The translations under genes were made by a program, and so were the position numbers. A DNA stretch of 64,000 nt, from contig JACRNV010000028.1 in NCBI GenBank assembly GCA_016214785.1, positions 3,445-67,444 of the forward strand. The letters are read 5' to 3'. This document shows positions 1 through 7,725 of the stretch, piece by piece (within the stretch, counting starts at the first letter, position 1; every line of letters begins with the position of its first letter). The notes under the pieces are model-generated. The model was not told the origin of the DNA. It saw nothing but the letters and a program-made list of their open reading frames with translations, and ran no database searches. This stretch comes from Methanobacteriota archaeon (GTDB lineage Archaea; Thermoplasmatota; Thermoplasmata; SG8-5; JACRNV01).

Positions 1-159
1 TTCCAGGAAGGGGTCTTCGCGCTCCCCATAGTCTTCCCGATGGTAGCAAAGGACAAGGCGCGCATCCGCACGATAATGAACGCGGGCCTGACCAAGGACG
101 ACCTGAACGAGGCGCTGCGCGCCTTTGAAAAGGTCGGGAAGGAACTGAAGGCCATCTAA
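1..159 (+). CDS. C-terminal fragment of a PLP-dependent class-II aminotransferase-family acyltransferase (2-amino-3-ketobutyrate CoA ligase / 8-amino-7-oxononanoate synthase family). The 5' end lies outside the window.
   Basis: The frame-1 translation is ...[49 protein letters not shown] (TAA at 157-159). This matches the conserved C-terminus of Kbl/BioF-type enzymes (E. coli Kbl: ...FSFPVVPKGQARIRTQMSAAHTPEQITRAVEAFTRIGKQLGVIA). Confidence 0.55.
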   Translation, partial: FQEGVFALPIVFPMVAKDKARIRTIMNAGLTKDDLNEALRAFEKVGKELKAI

Positions 160-187
160 GGATAATCTTCAATAACACATTGCCTCA

Positions 188-371
188 ATCGATACTCCTT
201 AGCACCTCCCAAAGTTGAACACATCCGCATTCCGTGATGAAATCCTTTTGGGGGTCAAGGGGGTTTGCGGTCAAACCCCTTGATCGATACTCCTTAGCAC
301 CTCCCAAAGTTGAACACATCCGCATTCCGTGATGAAATCCTTTCCGTCGCAGGGGTCCAAGGGGAATTGCG
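188..371. repeat. Imperfect tandem direct repeat of about 95 nt in two copies. A 61-nt core is identical at 188-248 and 283-343, and the variable tails share a GGGGTC(C)AAGGGG motif.
   Basis: By eye, atcgatactccttagcacctcccaaagttgaacacatccgcattccgtgatgaaatccttt occurs twice with a 95-nt period. The tails are gggggtcaagggggtttgcgg versus ggggtccaaggggaattgcg. Confidence 0.8.
252..282 (+). other. Strong GC-rich hairpin (stem caagggggtttg / caaaccccttg, loop cggt) inside the first repeat copy, about 95 nt downstream of the upstream gene's stop codon. It could be a terminator or a structured RNA element.
   Basis: The inverted repeat is seen directly in the sequence: caagggggtttg-cggt-caaaccccttg. 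Confidence 0.4.
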
Positions 372-379
372 TTTATAAG
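372..379 (+). promoter_or_regulatory. Archaeal TATA-box candidate (tttataag) about 77 nt upstream of the NTPase start at 456.
   Basis: An AT-rich octamer matching the TTTAWATA consensus sits in an otherwise GC-rich spacer. Confidence 0.35.
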
Positions 380-455
380 AGATACGCAGCGGAGCAATGC
401 CCCTTGCAGGCCAGCAATTAAATACAGTTAATCCGTTCAGGTATTAGGGTGTGAA

Positions 456-2777
456 ATGGCCGCTGTAAAGTTCGTCGGCAGGTCGGTCGAGCTGGCCGCG
501 CTCAAGGCCCATCTCGACGCCGCGCGCAAGGGGGGGAGCAGGTTCGCGCTCGTCTCGGGGGAGGCGGGCGCGGGGAAGGCCCGGCTCGTCGAGGAGCTCG
601 TGGCCAAGCACGCGAAAGGGCTCATCGTCGCCAAGCACTTCACGCTCGAGAGGGAGCGCCGCGTGCCCTTCTCGGCCTTTGCCGACATCATCGCGCAGCT
701 CTCCAGGGCCGGGCACGCGCCCGGCGACGCGGTCAGGGGGCTGAGCGGGGACGGGCGGCGCTCGTCCGAGTCGCTCTCGAAGGAGCGGGACCGCCTCTTC
801 AGGGGCGTGCAGGAGTTCTTCGAGGGGCTGCCCGCATCCATTATTTTCATGGCTGACATGAACAACCTCGACGACGGCTCCACGGCCATGTTCCAGTACC
901 TCGCATCGAACATGAAGGGCGGGAAGATGCTATTCGCCGGCACGTACGCCCCCGACATGCTCGAGGACCCGACGGGCGCGATGCACCCGCTCGCCGAGGC
1001 CCTGGCCTCCATCATGGTCGAGGGGAAGGTCGCCACGCTGCCGCTGGACAGGATGTCCAGGGACGATGTGTCCAAGCTCACCGCGGCCAGGCTCGACGTG
1101 AAGTCCGTGCCGGCCAGCTTCCTGGAGGTCGTATGGAAGGTCACAGAGGGCAACCCGCTGTACGTCGTCGAGACGCTCGACGCCCTCGTGGAGCAGGGGC
1201 TCGACGTTGCCCTGAAGGACTGGGCGCGGAAGTTCGACCCTTCCAGGACGCCGATCCCGGCGAGCATCAAGGACGCCATCTCGGCGAGGTTCTCCAAGCT
1301 CGACGACAGGGAGCGCGCGGTCCTCCGGACGGCTGCGGTAATGGGGGCGGAGTTCAGGGCCGGACCGCTGCTGGAGGTGTCGGGCCTTCCGAAGGACGAT
1401 TTGCAGCAGGTCATGCAGTCGCTGGTCAGCCACAAGTTCGTCTACGAGGTCACCGAGGCAGCCGAGGAGACGTACCGGTTCGAGCATTCGCAGGTCAGGG
1501 ACATCGTGTGCGAGAGCGTCGGCGCAGACGCCAAGGGTTTGCACGGCAAGATTGCGCCTGTCCTCGAGCGGCTCGCGGGGAGGAGGCCGTTCGACGACGC
1601 GTACAGCCTCGCGTACCACTTCGACCTCGCGGACATCCACGACAAGGCTGCGATGTACGGCCTCATGGCCGGGCAGAAGGCCTTCGGGGTGAGCGCCGCC
1701 AGCGAGGGCCTGCGCTACGCCGAGGCGGGGCTGAGGCACGTGAAGCTCGTCGAGCCTTCGAAGAACAACACCTTCCTGGAGCTCAGCCTGCGCAAGCTCG
1801 CCGGCGACCTCAGGTTCCACCTCGGCGACTGGGACGCCTCGCTGAGGGACCTGGACACCGCCTTCCACCTTGCGGAGAAGGTAGTCTCCCCCGAGATGAT
1901 GTCCGCGGCCTCTTCGAGCATGGGGGACTTGCAGCGGTTCAGGGGCAACTATGAGGATGCCGAGAGAAACTTCGCGCGCGCCCTCGACATCGCGGAGGGC
2001 GCGGAGGATGCCCGTGGCAAGGCCATGGCCCTGAGAGGGCTCGGGTACTGCGCGTGGCGCACCGGCGACTACGGCGGGGCCGAGCGCAGGTTCTCCGAGT
2101 GCGTGCCCGTGGCCGAGAAGCTCGGCGACATGGCGCTGAAGGGCTCGCTCCTCCTCGAGATGGGGAACGTCCACACGTCGCGCGGGGACCTTGACGAGGC
2201 CGAGCGCAGCTACAAGTCGAGCATCGAGTTCACGGAGAAGGCCGGCGCGTTCTACGACATGGCCAGGGCGTACAACAACATCGGCGACATCTACCTCCAG
2301 CGCGAGAGGTGGGAAGAGGCGATAGGATATTTCGAGAAGTGCGCGGGCCTGGCCGATCGCCTGGGCAACAGGGACATGCTGGGGTGGGCGCACTTCAACC
2401 TCGGCGAGGCCTACGCCAAGAAGGGCGAGCTGGACAAGGCCGAGAAGGAGTGCCTCCTCGCGCTCGAGATACTGGCGAGGATGGACGACATGGTCGGCAT
2501 GGCCGGCATCTACAAGAACCTCGGCATCGTCAACAGGTTCAGGAAGGACTGGGACAAGTCCGAGGCGATGTTCAGGAAGAGCGCGGACATGGAGGAGGAG
2601 ATGAAGACCCCGCACCCGCTCGCAGAGACCCTCATAGAGTGGGGCGCCATGCGCATCGAAAGGGGCGACAAGGGCGGCGCCGCCGAGATACTGCGCAAGG
2701 CGGAGGACATCGCAGCCTCTATAAAGGCCGAGAAGCTCCTAGAGAGGGCACGCGCGGCCCTGAAGAAGGTCGGGTGA
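456..2777 (+). CDS. STAND-type P-loop NTPase (AAA_16/MalT-like N-terminus) with a long C-terminal TPR-repeat array, 773 aa. No HTH is evident.
   Basis: Walker A is SGEAGAGKARLV and Walker B is IIFMADMNNLDD. The C-terminal about 300 aa is made of repeated TPR-like units (e.g. ALRGLGYCAWRTGDYGGAERRF, MARAYNNIGDIYLQRERWEEAIGYF, NLGEAYAKKGELDKAEKECLLALEI). An RBS-like gggtg lies upstream of the ATG. Confidence 0.75.
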   Translation: MAAVKFVGRSVELAALKAHLDAARKGGSRFALVSGEAGAGKARLVEELVAKHAKGLIVAKHFTLERERRVPFSAFADIIAQLSRAGHAPGDAVRGLSGDGRRSSESLSKERDRLFRGVQEFFEGLPASIIFMADMNNLDDGSTAMFQYLASNMKGGKMLFAGTYAPDMLEDPTGAMHPLAEALASIMVEGKVATLPLDRMSRDDVSKLTAARLDVKSVPASFLEVVWKVTEGNPLYVVETLDALVEQGLDVALKDWARKFDPSRTPIPASIKDAISARFSKLDDRERAVLRTAAVMGAEFRAGPLLEVSGLPKDDLQQVMQSLVSHKFVYEVTEAAEETYRFEHSQVRDIVCESVGADAKGLHGKIAPVLERLAGRRPFDDAYSLAYHFDLADIHDKAAMYGLMAGQKAFGVSAASEGLRYAEAGLRHVKLVEPSKNNTFLELSLRKLAGDLRFHLGDWDASLRDLDTAFHLAEKVVSPEMMSAASSSMGDLQRFRGNYEDAERNFARALDIAEGAEDARGKAMALRGLGYCAWRTGDYGGAERRFSECVPVAEKLGDMALKGSLLLEMGNVHTSRGDLDEAERSYKSSIEFTEKAGAFYDMARAYNNIGDIYLQRERWEEAIGYFEKCAGLADRLGNRDMLGWAHFNLGEAYAKKGELDKAEKECLLALEILARMDDMVGMAGIYKNLGIVNRFRKDWDKSEAMFRKSADMEEEMKTPHPLAETLIEWGAMRIERGDKGGAAEILRKAEDIAASIKAEKLLERARAALKKVG

Positions 2778-2818
2778 TCTCAACGACGTCCGAGATAAGC
2801 CGGAAGGTGCAGAACATC

Positions 2819-3028
2819 ATGGCGCGCGAGATGGGGCACCTCGGCAAGTTCATAGTCCAGAAGCAGTGCAAGGACATCGGCATGGACCCCGAGGAGATTG
2901 ACGAGAAGCGCGTCCCCGAGCTCGCGAGGGCCCTGGGCAAGGTCATGCTCACCTTCGGGGGCGAGGAGAAGGCGCGCAGGATCGAGCAGGAGATCCGCAG
3001 GCTGGGAAAGAGCGAGCCGGTCCCCTGA
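2819..3028 (+). CDS. Small hypothetical protein of 69 aa, MAREMGHLGKFIVQKQCKDIGMDPEEIDEKRVPELARALGKVMLTFGGEEKARRIEQEIRRLGKSEPVP, lying 41 nt downstream of the NTPase.
   Basis: The ATG at 2819 is preceded by ggaaggtg (RBS) at a 9-nt spacing. The ORF is in the same orientation as the upstream NTPase and is separated from it by 41 nt. I recognise no family. Confidence 0.45.
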   Translation: MAREMGHLGKFIVQKQCKDIGMDPEEIDEKRVPELARALGKVMLTFGGEEKARRIEQEIRRLGKSEPVP

Positions 3029-3161
3029 GTTTGTGGTCCAAAGGCGCGATAGAACGCATCGATGCCATTGAGAACGGACCTCTTTTTGCGTCGAGAATTA
3101 TGCGACAATTATTATTTATCATTTTTATTAAAATGTCATATTTTAATTAGCGCACAAAACG

Positions 3162-3169
3162 TTTATATG
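3162..3169 (+). promoter_or_regulatory. TATA box (tttatatg) in an AT-rich intergenic tract, roughly 25-30 nt upstream of the GGAGGT/ATG of the micro-ORF.
   Basis: There is a BRE-like purine-rich cacaaaac immediately 5' of it, and the spacing fits an archaeal promoter. Confidence 0.4.
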
Positions 3170-3206
3170 CAATCACGTCTATATACCCCGACGGAGGTAT
3201 CACAAA

Positions 3207-3257
3207 ATGCCAAAGAAGAAGGTCGCAAAGAAGAAGGCAGCCAAGAAGAAGAAGTGA
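3207..3257 (+). CDS. Micro-ORF encoding a 16-aa lysine-rich peptide, MPKKKVAKKKAAKKKK.
   Basis: GGAGGT sits 8 nt upstream of the ATG, the TATA box at 3162-3169 lies upstream, and a T-tract (ggttttattttaa) follows about 30 nt downstream. No homolog is recognised; it could be a real micropeptide or a leader. Confidence 0.3.
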   Translation: MPKKKVAKKKAAKKKK

Positions 3258-3360
3258 CGGCTGCCTTTGGCATGCCGGGGGGAGTCTGGTTTTATTTTAA
3301 ACCCATTTTCCAGGATTTGAACGTCGCAACCTTATTATCCACAATGCGATACGCGCGCCG

Positions 3361-5340
3361 ATGGACTACGGCGAGGCTGTCCGCTACCTGTACGATTTGC
3401 AGTACCTGGGAGTCAAGTTCGGGCTCGAGAACACGGCCGAGCTGCTCTTTCGCCTCGGCGGCCCGCACACCAGGTACAAGACCGTGCATGTCGCAGGCAC
3501 GAACGGCAAGGGCTCGGTCTGCGCGCTCGTCTCCTCGGTGCTCACAGCCGCGGGATACCGGACGGGCTTGTACACATCCCCGCATCTGATAGATTTCACA
3601 GAGCGCGTCAAGGTCGACGGCAAGGCCGCTGCCAGGGAGGATATCGCCCGACTCACCGCGGAGATTATCCCGCACCTGGAGGCGATGCGCAAGTCCCCCG
3701 AGGAAAGGCTCTGCACGTTCTTCGAGGCGACGACGGCCCTGGCGTTCAAGCATTTCGAAAATGAGGGCGTGGATGTCGCCGTCATGGAGACGGGGATGGG
3801 CGGGAGGCTCGATTCAACCAACGTCATCGTCCCGGAGGCCTCGGTCATTACCCGCCTCGGCATGGACCACATGAAATACCTCGGGGGTACGCTTGCGAAG
3901 ATAGCGCGCGAGAAGGCAGGCATAATCAAGCCCGGCGTCCCGGTCGTCAGCGCCGCGCAGGAGGGCGACGCCCTGCACGTCATTCGGCAAACCGCCGCGG
4001 AGCGAGGGTCGAAGCTTCGCGTCGAAGGGATTGATTTCCATTGCTCGCGCAAATCCTTTGGCATCGGAGGGCAGCGCCTTTCGTACAGGGGTTCGAGGGG
4101 GAGGCCGTTCGATGTCGATATCTCCCTGCTCGGCAAGTTCCAGGTCGAGAACGCCGGGCTGGCGCTGTGCGCCATCGAAGTTCTAAGAGAGCGGGGATTC
4201 GGCATTCCGGACGGCGCGATCCGCAAGGGCATGAAAGGCGCCAGGTGGCCCGCCCGCCTGCAGGTTGTCAGAAAGAATCCGCTCGTCGTCGTGGATGGCA
4301 TGCACAACCCCAACGCCGCTCAGGCGGTGGCCGACAGCTGGGGCGAGGTCTTCGGGAAGCGGAAAGTGAGACTCGTCCTCGGCATAATGGCAGACAAGGA
4401 CTACCCGAGGACGGCCAGCACAGTCTCGTCGAAGGCGAGCATGACGATAGCCACCGCCCCGGCGTTCCAGCGCGCGCTCCCGGCGGACAGGCTGGCGAGG
4501 GACATAGGCGCCGCAGAATATTACGATATCCCAGCGGATGCGATAGTCTCCGCCATCCGCGGGGCCGGGGATTCAAGCGCCGTCCTCATCGCGGGCTCGC
4601 TCTACCTTGCCGGCGAAGCGCTCATGTTCCTGGGGGATGCACCGCCGGACTCGGTCGACGTCTTCGAGCGCCTGCAGAAAGAATATTCGATCGGCGCGTT
4701 CCCCGGCCACGACGTCGGCGGGAACGAGGCCGTCGAGCCCGGCGGGCGCGAGCCGTTCCATGTTTTGATTTCAACGATACTCTCCCACCGGACCAGGGAC
4801 GAGAACACGCACAGGGCGTCGTCGGCGCTCCTCGCCAGGTACGGGACGCCCGAATCGCTCGCGAAGGCGCCCGTCGCGGAGGTTGAGCGGCTGGTGCGCC
4901 CTTCCGGGTTCTACAGGATGAAGGCCCGCTATGTCAAGGCGGCCGCCAAAGCCGTCGTCGATGACTTTGGCGGCAATGTCCCGCGCGACATCGGGTCGCT
5001 GATGGCCATCCCCGCCGTCGGGCGCAAGACCGCCAACTGCGTGCTTGTCTACGGCTTTGGCATACCGGCGATTCCCGTGGACGTGCATGTGCACAGGGTC
5101 TCGAACAGGCTCGGCCTCGTCAAAACGAAAACGCCCGACGATACAGAAACCATCCTAGCAACCGTCGTGCCAAAGTCCCTCTGGATAGACATCAACAGGC
5201 TCCTCGTGCGCCACGGCCAGGAAGTCTGCCAGCCTCGGAGGCCGCGCTGCCCGAAGTGCGTGCTGAGGGGCGTATGCATGCTTTGGCGGAGGGAATCTCT
5301 CCCCGTTTCGCAGAAGAAGAAGGGAAAGGGAGGCCGGTGA
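3361..5340 (+). CDS. Bifunctional fusion of a FolC-family (Mur-ligase) folylpolyglutamate synthase / dihydrofolate synthase-like N-terminal domain (about aa 1-420) with a C-terminal endonuclease III (Nth, HhH-GPD with [4Fe-4S] cluster loop) domain (about aa 435-659).
   Basis: N-terminal FolC motifs are YLYDLQYLGVKFGLENTAELLFRLGGP, HVAGTNGKGS (P-loop), YTSPHLIDFTERVKVDG and ETGMGGRLDSTN. C-terminal Nth motifs are FHVLISTILSHRTRDE, the HhH-GPD region PAVGRKTANCVLVYGFG...VDVHVHRV, and the cluster loop CQPRRPRCPKCVLRGVC. The frame is continuous with no stop. There is an internal in-frame ATG at 4624 at the domain junction. Confidence 0.7.
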   Translation: MDYGEAVRYLYDLQYLGVKFGLENTAELLFRLGGPHTRYKTVHVAGTNGKGSVCALVSSVLTAAGYRTGLYTSPHLIDFTERVKVDGKAAAREDIARLTAEIIPHLEAMRKSPEERLCTFFEATTALAFKHFENEGVDVAVMETGMGGRLDSTNVIVPEASVITRLGMDHMKYLGGTLAKIAREKAGIIKPGVPVVSAAQEGDALHVIRQTAAERGSKLRVEGIDFHCSRKSFGIGGQRLSYRGSRGRPFDVDISLLGKFQVENAGLALCAIEVLRERGFGIPDGAIRKGMKGARWPARLQVVRKNPLVVVDGMHNPNAAQAVADSWGEVFGKRKVRLVLGIMADKDYPRTASTVSSKASMTIATAPAFQRALPADRLARDIGAAEYYDIPADAIVSAIRGAGDSSAVLIAGSLYLAGEALMFLGDAPPDSVDVFERLQKEYSIGAFPGHDVGGNEAVEPGGREPFHVLISTILSHRTRDENTHRASSALLARYGTPESLAKAPVAEVERLVRPSGFYRMKARYVKAAAKAVVDDFGGNVPRDIGSLMAIPAVGRKTANCVLVYGFGIPAIPVDVHVHRVSNRLGLVKTKTPDDTETILATVVPKSLWIDINRLLVRHGQEVCQPRRPRCPKCVLRGVCMLWRRESLPVSQKKKGKGGR

Positions 5341-5341
5341 T

Positions 5342-6394
5342 GTGAAAATCGAGTCTATCGAATTACGGCTGCTGGAGCTTCCAAGGCGCGAGCGCTTCGT
5401 CATCGCGACCGGCTCTTCCGACGTCGTGCGCAACTGGCTCGTCAAAGTCACAGTCGATGGTTCAACGGGGCACGGGTGCGCCGCTCCCAACAGCGTCACG
5501 CGCGAGACTGCCGAGGGCATCGAGACATCTCTCCTCAGGCTGCGCGACAGACTGCAGGGGCACGAAGTCGATGGCCCAACCGACCTGAGCAGGCGGATGG
5601 ACGAGGCGCTCAGCCGTGCATCCGCCGCGAAAGCCGGACTTGACCTCGCCTTCCATGACGCGCTTGCAAGGGGAAAAGGCCAGCCACTTGCTGAATTCCT
5701 GGGCGGGAAATGCGGGCCAGTGCTTACAGACATGACGATAGGTATAATGCCCCTTAAAGAGACGGTAGAGAAGGCCCGAGCCAACGTGAGCAACGGTTTC
5801 AAGGCGCTGAAGCTCAAGGTCGGCACGTCGATGAAGGACGACGTCGCGCGGGTGCTCGCGGTGAGGGCGACCATCGGAGAAAGCGTGGCCCTGCGCATCG
5901 ACGCCAACCAGGGATATTCGGAGAGGAAGGCGCTACGGTTCATAGAAGCAATCAAGGGCGCGGGCGTCGAGCTTGTCGAACAGCCCGTGAAGGCGGCCTG
6001 GTGGAACCCGATGGCGAGAATCTCTGCCGCGTCTCCGATACCTGTGATGGCCGACGAGACCGTGCGTTCGTTCGAGGACGTTGAGCGCGCGTTCGACCTC
6101 GGCATATCGCACATCAATGTCAAGCTCGCGAAGTGCGGGGGCATCCACCAGGCCCAGCGCATCGCGGAGCTCGCGAGAGAGCGCGGCGGGAAAATCATGG
6201 TCGGCTGCATGGGCGAGTCTGGGATATCGCTGGCGGGTGCGCTGCACTTCGCGTCGGCTTACAGCGACGTCGTGAGATGGGCCGACCTCGACTCCCAGTT
6301 CATGCTCGTCAGGGACGGGTGCAGGCCGCTGGACTTCAGGGACGGCATGCTGTGGCCGAAGGGGCCGGGGAACGGCGCAGAGTTACAAAGTTAG
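5342..6394 (+). CDS. Enolase-superfamily (mandelate racemase / muconate lactonizing enzyme family) protein, probably a dipeptide (L-Ala-D/L-Glu-type) epimerase or o-succinylbenzoate synthase-like enzyme. It has a GTG start overlapping the upstream stop.
   Basis: It has the KxK motif (ALKLKVG), metal-ligand-region motifs (RIDANQGY, VELVEQP, MADE) and the overall MR/MLE barrel pattern. The GTG at 5342 sits in tGAtGTG. Confidence 0.6.
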   Translation: MKIESIELRLLELPRRERFVIATGSSDVVRNWLVKVTVDGSTGHGCAAPNSVTRETAEGIETSLLRLRDRLQGHEVDGPTDLSRRMDEALSRASAAKAGLDLAFHDALARGKGQPLAEFLGGKCGPVLTDMTIGIMPLKETVEKARANVSNGFKALKLKVGTSMKDDVARVLAVRATIGESVALRIDANQGYSERKALRFIEAIKGAGVELVEQPVKAAWWNPMARISAASPIPVMADETVRSFEDVERAFDLGISHINVKLAKCGGIHQAQRIAELARERGGKIMVGCMGESGISLAGALHFASAYSDVVRWADLDSQFMLVRDGCRPLDFRDGMLWPKGPGNGAELQS

Positions 6395-6454
6395 AATGGC
6401 GAAAGGCGCCTCATTGATAATCAATGGGCACACTCGCCTTGTCTCATTCGCATT

Positions 6455-7504
6455 TCACAGCATTTTCCGAATTGCCTCGACGAGCTTCCCGCACCCTTGC
6501 CAGAGCGGGTCGCACGCCGGCAGGCCGTACTTCTTCTCCCATTCCTCGGCAGTTCGCTCGACCTCCCCCCTCGTCATCTGCTCGTGGTTGATCGTCAGCG
6601 CGACGACCTTCGAGCCCGAGAACGCCTCTATCAGCATCCTCTCTCGCTCGATGCCGGCCATCGGCAGCTTCAGCTCCGGGTGGTAATTTCGGGTCGTGCG
6701 CTTCGGCGCATGCTGGAGGACTATGCCCGAGGGCGCGCTCGCCGCCATTATCGCCCTGCTCCCGCACACGTAGGCCGGGTGCGACGCCGCGCCCTGCCCC
6801 TCGACGACTATGACCTGCGGGCTCTCCTGTTCGTAGGCTGCCATTATAGCGTTCTCGAGCTCCCCCACCATGTAGTCCCCGGGGATGGAATCGAGGGGCA
6901 CGCCGTACCATGCGCCCTGCAGGAGCCCTGTCTGGCCCGTCGCCACGAGAACGGCCTTTATCCCCGCCTCGTTCAGTGCGTCCACCAGCTCCCAGGCGCT
7001 CGTGCGCTTGCCTATCGCGCTGTCCGTGCCCAGGATGGGGATGCGCAACGCGCCGATGTGCCTCGCCCTGTCGCCGAAGGGATGCCTCTTATCGAGCGGC
7101 GGAGGCCGCCGGATGTCAGTGAGGGTCGCGCCATGCTTCTTGGCAAGGGCTTTGAACTCCTCGTCGTCCGAAAGGTACTCGTGAAGCCCCGACACGACAT
7201 CGATGCCCCGCACGAGCGCATCGGCAATCACCGGCCTGAACTCGGGCGGCAGCTTGCCGCCGACAGTGGCGACGCCGATGATGAGGCACTTCGGCTTGGT
7301 GTTCGAGAGCGCGTCCGCCACGTCCCTGAAGATGGGGATGCCATTCTTTTCGCCATTGAGGGACATCCCCGCGTCCTGGCCGGTTTTGGAGCTGTCGATG
7401 ACGCCGACGATGCGGTACTTGTGGGACCTGCGCACGAGGCCGTTGGCCGTCTTGCCGGTGGTCGTTCCGAACTTCCCCTCGCAGAGTATGAGGGCGTCGA
7501 TCAT
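6455..7504 (-). CDS. DUF1611 (COG3367) family protein, convergent with the epimerase gene.
   Basis: The translation from M20 of the ORF is MIDALILCEGKFGTTTGKTANGLVRRSHKYRIVGVIDS... This is a Rossmann-like N-terminus followed by a conserved C-terminal domain, typical of DUF1611. The upstream in-frame 19 codons were rejected. Confidence 0.55.
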   Translation of the reverse strand: MIDALILCEGKFGTTTGKTANGLVRRSHKYRIVGVIDSSKTGQDAGMSLNGEKNGIPIFRDVADALSNTKPKCLIIGVATVGGKLPPEFRPVIADALVRGIDVVSGLHEYLSDDEEFKALAKKHGATLTDIRRPPPLDKRHPFGDRARHIGALRIPILGTDSAIGKRTSAWELVDALNEAGIKAVLVATGQTGLLQGAWYGVPLDSIPGDYMVGELENAIMAAYEQESPQVIVVEGQGAASHPAYVCGSRAIMAASAPSGIVLQHAPKRTTRNYHPELKLPMAGIERERMLIEAFSGSKVVALTINHEQMTRGEVERTAEEWEKKYGLPACDPLWQGCGKLVEAIRKML

Positions 7505-7725
7505 CGGGGGGTATATGGAGATGCAAATATGAAAGTTAGCGCTAATCTCACAAGTGGGCACCTAGAACATATCATTTCTAAGTTCAAAATATGAGAAAAT
7601 GGAGATTGGTTTGTGTGGAATTTCAGGACATTTCCATATATCGATGTCTTTATATATAACAAGTCTTATACCTAATACGACAAATATGTTTACCAACACA
7701 AACGTAGGTAAATGAGGTCGTTGAT

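Noticed and set aside
188-371. Possible CRISPR array.
   Set aside because: There are only two repeat copies, the repeat unit is 61 nt and the spacer 34 nt, there are no cas genes in the window, and the repeats are imperfect at their ends.
185-397. 70-aa minus-strand ORF spanning the tandem repeat.
   Set aside because: It is created by reading through both repeat copies. It has no RBS and the repeats are better explained as non-coding.
930-2615. Long antisense or out-of-frame ORFs in GC-rich genes (e.g. 930..2615-, 1133..1954+, 5155..6210-, 6497..7594+, 15933..16979+, 17770..18795-, 21720..22733-, 23691..24650-, 26884..27753-, 31703..32662+, 33447..34022-, 36634..38547+, 41869..42867-, 47109..48155-, 53715..54899-, 55107..55952+).
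   Set aside because: These are shadow ORFs typical of high-GC DNA. Each overlaps a gene with clear homology-type motifs on the other strand or frame, and their products are Arg/Ala/Gly-rich low-complexity.
4560-4700. FolC-Nth as two separate genes split by a frameshift.
   Set aside because: No stop codon or frame break is visible in the sequence as given. It is kept as a fusion but flagged for read-level verification.
7562-7725. Possible ncRNA or integrase attachment site in the AT-rich tract preceding the island.
   Set aside because: No tRNA-like or direct-repeat structure was found by eye. It is most simply a foreign AT-rich promoter region.
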